Positions 8,885 to 18,566 of a stretch of 31,918 nucleotides of DNA are shown in pieces. Each line of letters opens with the position of its first letter. Within the stretch, counting starts at the first letter, position 1. The DNA comes from an uncultured Chloroflexia bacterium. Its GTDB lineage: Bacteria; Chloroflexota; Anaerolineae; JAAYZQ01. A program made the position numbers and the translations under genes. Location: contig CAVOXA010000013.1 in the NCBI GenBank assembly GCA_963700285.1, forward strand, positions 1 to 31,918, in the 5' to 3' direction. The notes under the pieces were generated by a model. It saw only the letters and a program-made list of their open reading frames with translations. It did no database searches and was not told the origin of the DNA.

Positions 8885-8913
8885 TTGACAAAAATACACT
8901 GAATACGTATAAT
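8885..8913 (+). promoter_or_regulatory. Perfect-consensus sigma70 promoter for the large secreted protein
   Basis: TTGACA (8885-8890), 17 nt, TATAAT (8908-8913). Confidence 0.85.
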
Positions 8914-8995
8914 TAGCCTTGTTTTACTTTGTCGCCAGCCCAGGCAGTTTAGCGAGCCTGGATAGCATCCACTGAGGAGCAGGAAGGACGGAATC

Positions 8996-11900
8996 ATGAC
9001 CCGCATTTCCACCGCTTGCATTGGACCCTTGCTCGCGCTGACCCTGATCGTCACCGCTGTCGTGGGCCCCATCAACCGCCGGGCCGCTCTGGCCCATCAG
9101 GGGCCCCAGCGTACCACGCCGGCCGTGGAAGCTCCAGCTCGCCCCGCGAATCCCAGTCCTGAGGCCCTATTGCGGACACTGGACCAGATGCCTCTCAGCT
9201 TCGAGGCCAATCAGGGTCAGTTCGCCACGCCTGTGCATTTTACCACCCGCCAGGCTGGCGGCATTTTCTTCTTCACTACCCACGAGATGGCGGCGGTGTT
9301 CCGCCGGACAACGTCCGACTCTGCTCTAGCGGAGGATCTGGAGATAGAGGGCGAAGGGGAGGGGTCGTTGCCGTACCTTGAGTCCGAAACCCTCGCCCTC
9401 AAGGTCCACTTTCTTGGCGCCTCCCCCACGGTCGAGATAGAGGGACTGGACCCTCTGCCCGGCAGGGTTAACTACTTCAGCGGCAGCGACCCAGTCCACT
9501 GGCAACAGGCCGTGCCCACCTACGCCACCATCCTCTACCACAATCTCTATCCCCACACTGACCTGCGCTACTCCGGCGTGGGCGGCCGGCTCAAGTACGA
9601 CTTTCTCCTGGACCCAGGGGCCGAGGTAGACCGCATTGCCCTGGCCTACACCGGGGTGGAGGGATTGGAGCTCAACGGCGCGGGCCAACTGCAGGTCAGG
9701 ACCGCCTGGGGCACCCTGGTGGAAGATGCCCCCCTCGCCTGGCAGGAGGGCGAGGCGGGGCGCCGCGAGCCGGTCGCCGTGCGCTACCGGCTCCAACCAG
9801 GTGACATTGTGGGCTTCCAGGTGGGCGCCTATGATCCTGCCCGGCCTCTGGTGATCGACCCCACGCTCCGCTACGGCACCTATGTCGGAGGCGGCAGTGT
9901 TGAGCACGGCCGCGACATTGCGGTCGATGGCGAAGGGAACGTTTTAGTCACTGGCTCCACCCAATCCTCCGACTTTCCCACAACGGCCGGGGCCTTCGAC
10001 CGCAACCGCGCCGCCGGCCAGGACGTCTACGTCCTCAAGCTGGCGGCGGACGGAAGTGGTCTGCTGTTCAGCACTTTTGTAGGGGGTAAGGAGAGCGAGT
10101 CGGGCTTTGGCCTGGCCCTGGATGGCGATGGGAATCCCGTGGTCGTCGGCTGGGCCTGGTCCTCGGACTTTCCCACTACTTCCGGGGCTCACGACACCAG
10201 CTATGGTGGGAACAGGGACGCCTTTGTGTTCAAGCTGTCGGCCGACGGCAGCAAGCTGCTGTTTAGCACCTTTGTAGGCGGTAGTGAGCGCGACGCCATC
10301 TATCCGGTGCAGGTTGATGGCGACGGGAACGTCATCCTCACCGGCTATACGCTTTCCACAGACTTTCCCACAACCGCTGGGGCCTACGATGGCACCCACA
10401 ATGGTGACAAGGAGATCATCGTCTGTAAGCTGTCCCCAGATGGGAGCGAGCTGCTGTTCAGCACCTTTGTTGGAGGCAAGCACATGGACCTTGGCCGCCA
10501 CATTGTCCTCGACAGCGCGGGCAACTATGTCGTCACTGGCTACACCTGGTCCTCCGACTATCCCACCACCCCTGACGCCTATGACCGCACCCACGGTGGG
10601 GGAGAGCGCGACATGTTCCTCCTGAAACTGTCCGCTGACGGAAGTACGTTGCTGGCCAGCACCTACGTCGGGGGCAGCGGTGATGAACGCGGCCGTGGCT
10701 TGGCGCTGGATGGGCAGGGCAATCCCGTCATCGCCGGCTATACCAGCTCCTCCAATTTCCCCACCACGCCTGGCGCATACGACACCACTTACGGTGGCGC
10801 ATACGACATCTATGCCCTCAAGCTATCGGCCGACGCCACCACGCTACTGTACAGCACCCTGGTCGGCGGCAGCCAGAACGACTATGCCCGCGGGATGGAT
10901 ATGGACGCCTCGGGCAACATCTTTGTCGTTGGGGATTCCTACTCGAGCAGCTTTCCCACCACCCCTGATGCCTTTAGCACCAAAGGCAATGGAGGTCTGG
11001 ACGCAGTTGTCCTGAAACTGTCGCCGGATTTTAGTTCCCTGCTTTACAGCACCTTTGTGGGGGGCAGCGGTGAGGAGCAGGGACACGAACTGGCGCTAGA
11101 CGGGAAGACCGGTGTCGTGATCACCGGCCACACCAAGTCCAGCAACTTTCCCACCACCTCCGGCGCCCATGATCGCACCTACAACGGCGACCAGGACCTG
11201 TTCGTCTTCTACCTCGACGGGCTGACCGGGCAGGGGCACACTTTGACTGTAAACGTCTCCGGCAGCGGCACCGTGACCAGGGACCCGCACAAGTCCGCCT
11301 ATCAACCCGGAGAGCAGGTCAAGCTGACGGCCAGCCCCAGCCCGGGCTGGGGCTTCTCCGGCTGGTCGGGCGACCTCTCCAGCAGTGCCAATCCGGCTAC
11401 CCTCACCATGGATGGCAACAGGTCCGTTACCGCCACCTTCACTCAGAATCAATTCACCCTCTCTGTCAACGTCTCCGGCAGCGGCACCGTGACCAGGGAC
11501 CCGCACAAGTCCGCCTATCAATCCGGAGAGCAGGTCAAGCTGACGGCCAGCCCCAGCCCGGGCTGGGTCTTCTCCGGCTGGTCGGGCGACCTCTCCAGCA
11601 CCGCCAACCCAGCCACCCTCACCATGGATGGCAACAAGTCCGTCACCGCCACCTTCACCCAGGACCAATACACCCTCTCCGTCAGTGTCTCTGGCAGCGG
11701 CTCGGTGGCCAAGTCGCCCGACCAGGCGGGTTACCACCATGGCGACCAGGTCCAACTCACTGCCAGCCCCAGCGCCGGCTGGACCTTCACTGCCTGGTCC
11801 GGGGACCTGACTGGCGCCGAGAATCCGGCCACCCTCACCATCGACGGCACCAAGTCCGTCACCGCCACCTTTGGCCAGAATGGGTACACGCTGACCGTGA

Positions 11901-12613
11901 ACGTCGATGGCAGCGGTTCCGTGAGCAGAGCCCCGGAGCAGGCCATCTACGTGCTCGGCGAAGAGGTGCAGCTCAGCGCCACCCCAGATCCTGGCTGGTC
12001 GTTCTCCGGCTGGTCCGGCGCCCTGACCGGCGCTGAGAATCCGGCCACCGTCATCATCGGCGGCGACGAGATCGTCACGGCTGCCTTCACTCAGAAAGAG
12101 CACACCCTGACTGTGAGCATCACCGGCAGCGGGGACGTGACCAAGGCGCCCGATCAGGCCAGCTACCATTACGGCGACCAGGTCCAGCTCACCGCCAGCC
12201 CCGGCGCAGGGTGGCTCTTTGCCGGCTGGTCCGGCGACCTCTCCGGTGGTGACAACCCGGCCAGCCTAACCATCGACGGCGACAAGGTCGCAACCGCCAT
12301 CTTTGGACAGACGTGCCACACCTTGAGCACGGAGGCCAGCCCCGAGGAGGGCGGCTCAATCAGTGTCGACTATGACCCCAATTGCGACGACGCTGGCGTC
12401 GCCAAGTACGTTATTGGCACCGTCGTCCAACTGACCGCCAGCCCTGCCCCGGGCAGGTTCTTTAGCCACTGGAGCGGCGACGTCACAGGAAACGCCAATC
12501 CCACCAGCCTGTCTGTGAGCGCGGATGCCTCGGTCCTTGCTCACTTCCAGGAGACGCAGATCCTATTCCTGCCCATGCTCCTGACGGGGCCATATTCGCT
12601 GTCATTCCCTTGA
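8996..12613 (+). CDS. Large secreted/surface protein: N-terminal beta-rich domain, 7 SBBP beta-propeller repeats, 6 InlB-B-like repeats, Chloroflexota-type C-terminal sorting tail
   Basis: Signal peptide and LSFEANQGQ...PLVIDP N-domain. Seven T(F/Y/L)VGG...D..G...FPTT repeats, six TL.V...GSG.V...F.GWSG repeats, and the terminal ILFLPMLL. Confidence 0.9.
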   Translation: MTRISTACIGPLLALTLIVTAVVGPINRRAALAHQGPQRTTPAVEAPARPANPSPEALLRTLDQMPLSFEANQGQFATPVHFTTRQAGGIFFFTTHEMAAVFRRTTSDSALAEDLEIEGEGEGSLPYLESETLALKVHFLGASPTVEIEGLDPLPGRVNYFSGSDPVHWQQAVPTYATILYHNLYPHTDLRYSGVGGRLKYDFLLDPGAEVDRIALAYTGVEGLELNGAGQLQVRTAWGTLVEDAPLAWQEGEAGRREPVAVRYRLQPGDIVGFQVGAYDPARPLVIDPTLRYGTYVGGGSVEHGRDIAVDGEGNVLVTGSTQSSDFPTTAGAFDRNRAAGQDVYVLKLAADGSGLLFSTFVGGKESESGFGLALDGDGNPVVVGWAWSSDFPTTSGAHDTSYGGNRDAFVFKLSADGSKLLFSTFVGGSERDAIYPVQVDGDGNVILTGYTLSTDFPTTAGAYDGTHNGDKEIIVCKLSPDGSELLFSTFVGGKHMDLGRHIVLDSAGNYVVTGYTWSSDYPTTPDAYDRTHGGGERDMFLLKLSADGSTLLASTYVGGSGDERGRGLALDGQGNPVIAGYTSSSNFPTTPGAYDTTYGGAYDIYALKLSADATTLLYSTLVGGSQNDYARGMDMDASGNIFVVGDSYSSSFPTTPDAFSTKGNGGLDAVVLKLSPDFSSLLYSTFVGGSGEEQGHELALDGKTGVVITGHTKSSNFPTTSGAHDRTYNGDQDLFVFYLDGLTGQGHTLTVNVSGSGTVTRDPHKSAYQPGEQVKLTASPSPGWGFSGWSGDLSSSANPATLTMDGNRSVTATFTQNQFTLSVNVSGSGTVTRDPHKSAYQSGEQVKLTASPSPGWVFSGWSGDLSSTANPATLTMDGNKSVTATFTQDQYTLSVSVSGSGSVAKSPDQAGYHHGDQVQLTASPSAGWTFTAWSGDLTGAENPATLTIDGTKSVTATFGQNGYTLTVNVDGSGSVSRAPEQAIYVLGEEVQLSATPDPGWSFSGWSGALTGAENPATVIIGGDEIVTAAFTQKEHTLTVSITGSGDVTKAPDQASYHYGDQVQLTASPGAGWLFAGWSGDLSGGDNPASLTIDGDKVATAIFGQTCHTLSTEASPEEGGSISVDYDPNCDDAGVAKYVIGTVVQLTASPAPGRFFSHWSGDVTGNANPTSLSVSADASVLAHFQETQILFLPMLLTGPYSLSFP
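11252..11683 (+). repeat. Near-identical 216-bp intragenic tandem duplication (B-repeats 1 and 2)
   Basis: Copies start aacgtctccggcagcggcaccgtgaccagggacccgcacaagtccgcc at 11252 and 11468. Confidence 0.9.
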
Positions 12614-13005
12614 CTCCAGATCCACTCAAGAAAGACTGGGCCAGTCTGTTTCCCGTTCCGCGGGCAGGTGACTGTGTATACACTACCGGGATCAGGTTCA
12701 AGGTACAACCGAATGGCATGCAGGCCCATTTCAAGGTTCCTCCCTACGAATGCTCTATGCTACCACAGAACCGCGAGGAACAGCAAAAGGACCGCCTGGA
12801 GCGCCTGGAGCGGTCCGCCGGCTTCATGCACTTGTTTTGGTCTTGTCGATGATGGCTGACGCAAAGCTCGCATTGTTGTTCACCTGGAGCCGGTAGCGGT
12901 TTGCCCCCTGTGTTGCAGGCCATTCAAAGATGGGTCTTTCTCATGGCTCCTGCTGCCATTCACGGGGGATGAAGGCTCCGGCGCCGGCCCATAGTTCGCT
13001 GTTGG

Positions 13006-13128
13006 TCCTGTGAAGAAGAGCATATCATCAACGGCGGTCAGTTTCTTGGGCCATGAGTCTTCTTCAAAATAGTACAGACACTTTGTCGGCACTGTACCGG
13101 AATCGGTGCCATCGCTCCCCCAGAGCTG
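13006..13128 (-). pseudogene. Remnant of an ELWxxDGT-repeat protein
   Basis: Translation QLWGSDGTDSGTV...SWPKKLTAVDDMLFFTG matches one ELWxxDGT repeat unit. Confidence 0.6.
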
Positions 13129-13141
13129 AGTTGATCTGCTC

Positions 13142-13170
13142 TTGACAGATTCGAACGTTTGTGCTACAAT
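13142..13170 (+). promoter_or_regulatory. sigma70 promoter with an imperfect LexA box in the spacer; no large ORF immediately downstream
   Basis: TTGACA-17 nt-TACAAT, with CGAAC-GTTT-GTGCT at 13152-13165. Confidence 0.6.
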
Positions 13171-13390
13171 AGACGAGTAGAGAGGCATGACAGTGCCAAT
13201 GTGCTTGCTGCTAGACAGTCATGCAGGAGAGAATTGACCCGAACACGCTCCCCATCCCGATGTTGAACCCGAAACAAAAAGATCCCGATGCCCGGGTGCC
13301 ATCTGTTGTTGTCGCCTTTCTCAACATCAGCAACATGATCCTTCAACGTGATACATGAGACCAGCACAAGTATCCTTTTTAACCGCAGTG

Positions 13391-13399
13391 TGGTATAAT
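13391..13399 (+). promoter_or_regulatory. Extended -10 element upstream of the MATE-like gene
   Basis: TGgTATAAT, ~75 nt before ATG 13474. Confidence 0.55.
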
Positions 13400-13473
13400 C
13401 CCGCCTATTCTGCGACCCCCTGCCGGCCTGCCTTGAGGGCACGAGCAGAGGGCCACAAGTACCGGACCAACGC

Positions 13474-14790
13474 ATGACCACAAAAAAAGCACCCAGTCAT
13501 ATGCCCGACACGGAGCCGACCCTTCGCCAGATGTTGGCCCTATGGCTTCCCCTGGCCGCCAGCATCGCCATGATGGTCCTCGAACCCTCCGTCATCAACA
13601 TCGGCTTGGGACGTACAGCCGATGCTGAACTGGCTCTGGCTGCCTATGGCGTGGCTTTCAGCCTCGCCCTATTGGTCGAAGCGCCCATCCTCATGCTCCT
13701 CGACGCCTCGGTAGCTCGGGCCACGGACCGGGCGGCCTTTGGTCTGATCCGGCGTTTTGCCCTGGCTCTCGGGCTCATTGTAACTGCGATCGGATTGGTC
13801 GTCTCACTCAGCCCTCTCTATGTGCTGATAGTCGAAGGGCTGATGAACATCCCGACCAACATTGCCGCCGAGGCCCGTCCGACCTTGCAGATACTTGCCT
13901 TTTGGTCTCTGCCCATCGCCTGGCGACGGGCCAACCAGGGTGTGCTGATCCGCTTGCGAAAGACGACCAGCATCAGCGTGGCCACCGCTGTCCGCCTGGT
14001 CACCCTGGCTGTGGCCCTATTCCTGGGCATGTCTCTTCTGCCTGAGCAAGGGGCGGTGGTGGCTGGCTTGGCCATGGTGCTCAGTGTCACCGTCGAAGCA
14101 GCCCTCATCACTGTGTCTGTGCAGTTTGTGCTCCGGTCCGGTGATCTCCCTGCAGACGCTTCCGAAACCGATCAACCTGCCCTCACCTTGCGCGGGCTCT
14201 GGCGCTTCTACCGGCCCCTGGGTACGACGACGATTCTGCGGCAGACGACCCGGCCCGTGCTCAACGCTGGCATCGCGGCCGCCAGTCTGGCCGTCGCCTC
14301 CCTGGCCGCCTGGCCCGTGGTCTGGGGTTTTGCCATGCTGATCACCGGTCCGGCCTGGAGCTTGCAGCAACTCACCACCGCCCTTGCCACGGACCAGATC
14401 GCCTATCGCCGCGTGCGCCGCTTCTCGCTGAGCTTGAGCGTGATCATGGCCCTCACCTTGGGCCTGGTTGCTTTTACGCCGCTCTATGGCATGGTGATGG
14501 GCGGCATCTACAATCTGTCGCCCGAACTTCAGGCGCTGGCGCGGCCGGCCATGCAGCTCCTGGTCATCTATCCCCTGGTGATGGGTTCGCAGTCTCTGCT
14601 CCGTGGCGTGCTCATCCGTACGGGCCGTACGGGAGCGGTCCGGTCAGCGATGACGGCCAACGTCCTGACACTCGCCGGGATGGTACTGGTGGGCATCGTG
14701 TTCCTGTCACCCACCGGCGTACTTCTGGCCGCCGGCGCCACGCTGGCCGGAGCCCTGGTAGAATTGGCCTGGCTGCGCTGGAGGGCCTAG
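13474..14790 (+). CDS. MATE/ANKH-like multi-pass membrane transporter
   Basis: About 12 hydrophobic segments in two homologous halves (LWLPLA / FYRPLG; LAAYGVA / LAAWPVV). Confidence 0.8.
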   Translation: MTTKKAPSHMPDTEPTLRQMLALWLPLAASIAMMVLEPSVINIGLGRTADAELALAAYGVAFSLALLVEAPILMLLDASVARATDRAAFGLIRRFALALGLIVTAIGLVVSLSPLYVLIVEGLMNIPTNIAAEARPTLQILAFWSLPIAWRRANQGVLIRLRKTTSISVATAVRLVTLAVALFLGMSLLPEQGAVVAGLAMVLSVTVEAALITVSVQFVLRSGDLPADASETDQPALTLRGLWRFYRPLGTTTILRQTTRPVLNAGIAAASLAVASLAAWPVVWGFAMLITGPAWSLQQLTTALATDQIAYRRVRRFSLSLSVIMALTLGLVAFTPLYGMVMGGIYNLSPELQALARPAMQLLVIYPLVMGSQSLLRGVLIRTGRTGAVRSAMTANVLTLAGMVLVGIVFLSPTGVLLAAGATLAGALVELAWLRWRA

Positions 14791-14937
14791 TGCATGCTCG
14801 AGACTGATGGTTTGAATGCACAGGTCGCGCCGGCCTGGAAGAGCCAGCGCTATGCCTGAAACCACAAGACTATGGCTAGCACCGCCTGTTTCACGGCGGT
14901 GCGGTCCTGCCTTCGGAAGACTCCTTCCCTGGCGGTA

Positions 14938-14987
14938 TGGACAAATGGCCCTGCAACGGCTATAATACCCACACGAACCTTCGTTCT
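14938..14987 (+). promoter_or_regulatory. uvrB promoter and LexA box
   Basis: TGGACA-17 nt-TATAAT (14961-14966), with CGAAC-CTTC-GTTCT at 14974-14987. Confidence 0.85.
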
Positions 14988-15000
14988 ATAGGGGGAAACG

Positions 15001-17022
15001 ATGCCCGATTTTCAGGTTGTCTCTGATTTCCAGCCGATGGGCGATCAGCCGCAGGCCATTGATCTACTGGTCGACGGCTTGGGCCGGGGCTATCAACATC
15101 AGACACTGCTAGGCGCCACGGGAACCGGCAAGACCTTTTCCGTGGCCAAGGTCGTGGAACGGACCCAGAAACCAACGCTGGTGATGTGCCACAACAAGAC
15201 GCTGGCGGCCCAGCTCTACTCCGAGTTTCGCCAGTTCTTTCCCCACAACGCAGTCGAGTATTTTGTCTCCTACTATGATTACTACCAGCCGGAAGCATAT
15301 CTCCCTCGCACGGACACCTACATCGAGAAGGATGCCGACATCAACGAAGAGATCCAGAAGCTTCGCCTGGCCGCCACGGAAGCCTTGATGACCCGGCGCG
15401 ATGTGATCATTGTCGCCAGCGTATCGGCCATCTACAGCCTTGGTTCGCCCGAGGAGTATGGGCGTGAGGTGGTTGAACTGCGTATGGGGGAAACCCGTCG
15501 CCGTGCCTCGGTACTGCGCCACCTGGTGGCCATCCACTACGACCGCAACGACGTGGCCTTCAAGCGCGGTACCTTTCGCGTACGTGGCGATACGCTGGAC
15601 ATCTTTCCGGCTTACCGTGACACGGCCATGCGGGTCGAATTCTGGGGCGATATGGTGGACCGCATCACCGAGATCGACCCCCTCACCGGCGAGATCCTGG
15701 ACGAACGGCAGTCGATCCAGATCTACCCGGCCAAGCACTTTGTCACCCGTGCCGAGGAGATGACCGAGGCCATCAAGAACATCGAGGCCGAACTGGAGGA
15801 GCGCCTGGCCGAGCTTCGCGCCCAGGACAAGCTGCTGGAGGCCCAGCGCCTGGAGCAGCGTACCCTGTACGACATTGAGATGATGCGCGAGATCGGCTAC
15901 TGCTCGGGCATCGAGAACTACTCCCTGCACCTCAGCCACCGCGAGACCGGCGCCGCACCCTGGACCCTGATCGACTACTTTCCCGACGATTATCTGCTGG
16001 TCCTCGACGAAAGCCATATGACGGTGCCGCAGATCCGCGGCATGTACAATGGCGACCGGGCGCGCAAGGAGGTGCTGGTCGAACATGGCTTTCGCCTACC
16101 CTCGGCGCTGGACAACCGGCCCTTCCAGTTCCGCGAGTTTGAGGAGCGCATCAACCAGGTGATCTATACCTCGGCCACGCCGGGGCCCTACGAACAGCAG
16201 ATGTCAGCTCAGGTGGTTGACCAGATCATCCGTCCCACCGGTCTGGTGGACCCGGAAGTGATCATCAAGCCGACCAAAGGGCAGGTGGATGACCTGCTCG
16301 GCCAGATCCGCAAGCGGACGGAGCGGGGCGAGCGGGTGCTGGTAACGACCCTGACCAAGCGGATGGCCGAGGATCTGGCGGACTACCTGGCCGAACTGGG
16401 CATCAAGGTTCACTACCTCCACTCGGAGATTCAGACCTTGGAGCGCGTAGAGATCTTGCGTGACCTGCGCCTCGGCGTGCACGATGTGGTGGTAGGCATC
16501 AACCTGTTGCGCGAGGGCCTGGACCTTCCGGAGGTCTCGCTGGTGGCCATCCTCGATGCTGACAAGGAGGGTTTCTTGCGCTCTGACACGGCCCTCATCC
16601 AGACCATCGGGCGAGCCGCCCGGCACGTCAACGGCCAGGTAATCATGTACGCGGACCGTACCACGGACTCGATGCAGCGGGCCATTGATGAGACGAATCG
16701 CCGCCGGGCCGTCCAGGAGAAGTATAATGAAGAACACGGCATCAGCCCCGAGAGCATCGTCAAAGAGGTTCGCGATCTAACCGACCGAGTGCGCATGGTG
16801 GCAGAGGAACGGGCAGAATACCGCCTCACAGGCGATCTGCCCCAGGCTGAAGTCACCTACCTGATCGGCGAGCTGGAGGCGCAGATGAAGCAGGCTGCCG
16901 CGAACCTGGAATTCGAGAAGGCAGCCCTGCTCCGCGATCAGATCTTTGAACTGCGCAAGCAGTTGGAGGACGAGGCCGTGCCCGAGTGGGAGCGGATCTG
17001 GAAAGAGAGCCGCAAGCGGTAG
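15001..17022 (+). CDS. uvrB: Excinuclease ABC subunit B
   Basis: [44 protein letters not shown], and a C-terminal UVR domain (FEKAALLRD). Confidence 0.99.
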   Translation: MPDFQVVSDFQPMGDQPQAIDLLVDGLGRGYQHQTLLGATGTGKTFSVAKVVERTQKPTLVMCHNKTLAAQLYSEFRQFFPHNAVEYFVSYYDYYQPEAYLPRTDTYIEKDADINEEIQKLRLAATEALMTRRDVIIVASVSAIYSLGSPEEYGREVVELRMGETRRRASVLRHLVAIHYDRNDVAFKRGTFRVRGDTLDIFPAYRDTAMRVEFWGDMVDRITEIDPLTGEILDERQSIQIYPAKHFVTRAEEMTEAIKNIEAELEERLAELRAQDKLLEAQRLEQRTLYDIEMMREIGYCSGIENYSLHLSHRETGAAPWTLIDYFPDDYLLVLDESHMTVPQIRGMYNGDRARKEVLVEHGFRLPSALDNRPFQFREFEERINQVIYTSATPGPYEQQMSAQVVDQIIRPTGLVDPEVIIKPTKGQVDDLLGQIRKRTERGERVLVTTLTKRMAEDLADYLAELGIKVHYLHSEIQTLERVEILRDLRLGVHDVVVGINLLREGLDLPEVSLVAILDADKEGFLRSDTALIQTIGRAARHVNGQVIMYADRTTDSMQRAIDETNRRRAVQEKYNEEHGISPESIVKEVRDLTDRVRMVAEERAEYRLTGDLPQAEVTYLIGELEAQMKQAAANLEFEKAALLRDQIFELRKQLEDEAVPEWERIWKESRKR

Positions 17023-17154
17023 GCTTGAACCAACTTGCGCCTGTTACCAACCCTGGCCCACCTCCTGCGAAGATGTCTCGACCTGAACCTCATCCGAGCT
17101 ATGGTTCACAGATCCCTGGCCAGCCACAGCCCTGGAATTCCGGTTGTCTCACCC

Positions 17155-18207
17155 CTAGGCTGCTTGAAGGACGGCCCTGGCCGCATCCAGCGCTTGGTCA
17201 ATGTCTTCAGCCGTGATGCCATAATGGGTCACAGCGCGAAAGCGACTGCCGCCTATGGCCCCGACCTTGACCCCTCGCGCTGCCAGGCCGGCATGGAACC
17301 TTGCTGGCTCAGGGCCTTCGGGCGCTGTCTCAAAGATGACGAGGTTGGTCGGGACCCGGTCCAGGTCCAGCACGATGCCGGGCAAAACGGCCAGCCCCTC
17401 CGCCAGCTTGTGGGCGTTGGCCTGGTCCTCAGCCATGCGGTCGACCATGGTTTCCAGGGCCACGATACCGGCTGCAGCAAGCACGCCTGCCTGTCGCATG
17501 CCGCCTCCCAGCAGCTTGCGCTGCCGCCGTGTTTCCGCGACGAACGGCGCCGGGCCGCACACCAGCGCTCCCACCGGCGCGGCCAAACCCTTGGATAGGC
17601 AAAACGTTACCGAATCCGCATCGAGGGTGAGGTCAGCCACGGGTACGCCCAGCGCTACGGCCGCGTTAAACACCCGCGCCCCATCCAGATGGACGGCCAG
17701 GCCATGGCGGTCCGCCAGGGCGCGGACCTGGCTCATGTACGCAGGGGTGAGCACGGCCCCGCCGCAGCGGTTATGCGTGTTCTCCAGGCAGATGAGCCGG
17801 CTGTGGGGATGATGCGGGTTGTCGGTCGGCCGGATAGCCGCTTCGATGTCGGCGAGGTCAAGCGTGCCGTCGGGCTGGTTGGGCACCGTCCGGGGGTGGA
17901 TGCCGCCTACGGCAGCAGCACCGCCCGCCTCAAAAAGAAAAGTGTGGGCCATGTGGCCCATGATCGCTTCCTGGCCCCGCTGGCAGTGGGCCAGCAGGCA
18001 GACCAGGTTGCCCATGGTGCCGCTGACCACGAACAGTCCGGCCTCCTTGCCCATACGTTCGGCCGCCATTGCTTCCAGGCGATTGACTGTGGGGTCTTCA
18101 CCCATCACGTCATCGCCAAGTTCGGCCTCGAACATGGCCTGGCGCATGGCGGGGGTGGGCAGGGTTACTGTGTCGCTCCGCAGATCGATGAATCTCGAAG
18201 GCTCCAT
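17155..18207 (-). CDS. ltaE: Low-specificity L-threonine aldolase
   Basis: IDLRSDTVT, GDDV.GEDPTVN.LE, LENTHN, HLDGAR, PLP-lysine CLSKGL and GGGMRQAG. RBS AGGAGG precedes ATG 18207. Confidence 0.95.
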   Translation of the reverse strand: MEPSRFIDLRSDTVTLPTPAMRQAMFEAELGDDVMGEDPTVNRLEAMAAERMGKEAGLFVVSGTMGNLVCLLAHCQRGQEAIMGHMAHTFLFEAGGAAAVGGIHPRTVPNQPDGTLDLADIEAAIRPTDNPHHPHSRLICLENTHNRCGGAVLTPAYMSQVRALADRHGLAVHLDGARVFNAAVALGVPVADLTLDADSVTFCLSKGLAAPVGALVCGPAPFVAETRRQRKLLGGGMRQAGVLAAAGIVALETMVDRMAEDQANAHKLAEGLAVLPGIVLDLDRVPTNLVIFETAPEGPEPARFHAGLAARGVKVGAIGGSRFRAVTHYGITAEDIDQALDAARAVLQAA

Positions 18208-18253
18208 TGCGTTCTTCCTCCTATGTTGAAGGGACTGGCGTTCTTCCAGGGGC

Positions 18254-18282
18254 ATTGTACTGCAACATCAACAAGTTGGCAA
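18254..18282 (-). promoter_or_regulatory. sigma70 promoter of ltaE
   Basis: Minus strand TTGCCA-17 nt-TACAAT. Confidence 0.65.
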
Positions 18283-18319
18283 GAAACCCACGCCCACAGC
18301 ATCCATTCGGCCCCGAGCT

Positions 18320-18428
18320 GTCATTCCCGCGCAAGCTTGGCCCGAGTAGATCTACCCTCCGGGAGTTGCACCTTGGGAACCAACCGGTTTCAATCGGTCA
18401 TTCTCCGCATGCTCCTGGCGGGAATCCA
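18320..18428. repeat. Degenerate REP-like palindromic element
   Basis: GTCATTCCCGCG (18320-18331), a second GTCATTC at 18397, and GCGGGAATCCA (18418-18428). This resembles the GTCATTCCCGCG...GCGGGAATCCA class of short palindromic repeats. Confidence 0.55.
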
Positions 18429-18458
18429 CGTGAGCCCGGCCTCCAGCAACCTGAAACC

Positions 18459-18487
18459 TGGACTTTTCGGATCAGATGCGCTACAAT
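18459..18487 (+). promoter_or_regulatory. sigma70 promoter of the MFS-amidohydrolase-GNAT operon
   Basis: TGGACT-17 nt-TACAAT. Confidence 0.55.
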
Positions 18488-18566
18488 CCGACAGCGAACG
18501 CTGTCAAGGAGGCAGCGCCATGGTTGCTGCAAGGCAGAAAGTCATGTACTCTCCAAGGACGCCCCT

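Noticed and set aside
14879-14902. GC hairpin GCACCGCC/GGCGGTGC as a terminator
   Set aside because: No U-tract on either strand, so its function cannot be supported.
17155-18207. ltaE as an ObiH-like threonine transaldolase supplying the Cys-TE NRPS
   Set aside because: The motifs are those of ordinary LtaE, not SHMT-like transaldolases. It has its own promoter and a housekeeping context next to uvrB.
18207-18566. 120-aa N-terminal extension of the MFS ORF
   Set aside because: It runs through two promoters and a REP-like element. The real start is probably near 18567.
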